This document shows positions 62,377 through 64,000 of a DNA stretch of 64,000 nt, one piece after another. The stretch's first letter is position 1. Every line of letters begins with the position of its first letter. Source of the DNA: Mesotaenium endlicherianum (lineage: Eukaryota); contig WELA01002297.1 of the NCBI GenBank assembly GCA_009602735.1, positions 576,805-640,804 on the forward strand, given 5' to 3'. Under the pieces are notes generated by a model. That model was not told where the DNA came from, did not search any database, and was given only the letters and a program-made list of their open reading frames with translations. A program made the translations under genes and the position numbers.

Positions 62377-64000
62377 AGCAAGGTAAGGAAGAAGTTCGTG
62401 TAACGACTTGCAATTTTCAGCTCAAATTTTCTCTTAGTAATTTGTATTGAGAGTTGGCCTCGCTTCCAAATGGGAAATCCGATAGCAAATCTAGCATATA
62501 TATATCGCATTGACGATACTGTTTGACGTCATAGCGGTGGCACCGTGTACCTGGGACTTTTTCTCGTCCGACAGATATTGACTTACCAAATTCACAAGAA
62601 TCTCCTATCATTCTGAATTGACATTTGCTTAGAGCGTTATATCGTCATTCATCTAGCATATCACAATAGATGCATCATTAGGCAATTCGCCAGTTTTGCT
62701 TTCAGCGGTTAGGTGACAGTTTAAGAATATGTCAACGAGCTGACTTAGATGGACCTCAACGTGCTGCTCTCGGCTGAGTCATTAGGCTGAAATATAAGTA
62801 AAGATCAACATATTGAATTTAATAAATAAATGCAATTCACTGAGTTAATATCTTTAACAATGTATTGATTCATTATATATTTTTTGCTTATGTGTGGATT
62901 CACTGATTGCGTGATTAATGCTCAATTATTGACATGTGATTGTGAAGTAATACTTGCGCTCATTATGTTATTTTTTTGATATTAAATGAGTGAACCAAGA
63001 ATTCATAAAATGAATTGTTAATCAAAATAGCTCAAACAAGTTGTATGAGTTTATTATTATGTTTTCTCATGGGTAACACAATTTATTGTGATCGTCTAAA
63101 GGTTTTTACTTTCTGAACGACTTTAGAAAGTTTGCTATTTCGGCCATCTGTTGACACCAGGTGTACCAAGCTCCAGCAAAAGAACAATTTATGATTCCAA
63201 GTTATATATTTCTGGAATCCTTATTCACAATTAAGCAAGATAAAATATACATAAGTGGTGTACATATGCTTCTAATCAACACTCAATGTTTTTGTATAGG
63301 TTAAATTTCCTCTTATTTGAAGAACTTGTTGTCTTTTTTTACCTTTCACACGTGTGAAAGTTACGAGAGGATGAAATGCCTTTTTAATGTGTATAAAAAT
63401 GAATATTAAGCTTTTGCATATTACCCAGTGATATTCCTATCATATCCTTTTGATTTCTTTATGTCATGCACTTCAAATAGTAAGAATTAGATTTGTAATT
63501 GACTAGCAACCCTTTGATTGGTCAACACGCTAATCAGGGCGCGAGCAAGATGATGTAAAATGAATTATTGATAAACTTACACATTGCGTTTCTCAAGTCA
63601 ATAACACCCTAAATTTGGTAAGTTGATGAGCAATATGAAAATTATGCTAGTAGAAAATGTTATAAGGGCTTGTGTTTTTACAAAAAATAATTTTACACGT
63701 GAATTCCATTAAAATTGATAACATATATTTCAATAACGTTTGTTAAGTACAATGTACGTTATATTTGGCCATTGGAGATGCGAAGGAAGGTCAAAGGAAG
63801 TGAAATGAACTTCGTTTGTACACAAGGATCTTTTGTCAACCATAGAGCTTAGACCGTACAATTATGTAGCTAGAATGACAAGTGGGATACTATTACTTAT
63901 TTTCTTTGAGTGCGAAGAACATTGGGTGTCGCGCTAAGTTTCATTACTTCTGACCCAATTATTGAAATGAGGTAATCACTTTATCGCCCCCCTCACACTC

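Noticed and set aside
62880..64000. Possible gene or element in the AT-rich right flank
   Set aside because: No ORF, repeat or terminus that I can support.

Overview
This is eukaryotic, transposon-dense DNA, probably from a plant or streptophyte alga (inferred from chromovirus-type Ty3/Gypsy elements, iMet-type primer sites and an intron-containing hAT transposase). I found no host gene. About 59 kb is a single nest that resolves by target-site duplications (TSDs). Chromovirus A1 (3150-62376, TSD AGCAA) contains a hAT DNA transposon (5653-59353, 8-bp TSD). The hAT contains three elements. (i) Element B (6164-18869). (ii) Chromovirus C1 (19377-39976), which holds a solo LTR and A2; A2 in turn holds an apparently intact young chromovirus, D1. 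(iii) Chromovirus D2 (41702-56565), which holds C2 and a solo LTR. The standout is element B, a GC-rich Ty3/Gypsy-like retroelement. It encodes gag, protease, a C5 cytosine DNA methyltransferase, RT, RNase H, a DDE integrase and a PHD finger. Its ends are not normal LTRs but split direct repeats (a-ORFs-b-a-b), with TG..CA termini, a 4-bp TSD and an internal near-palindromic junction of the two ends. This copy is decayed. All calls were made by eye; no database searches were run.
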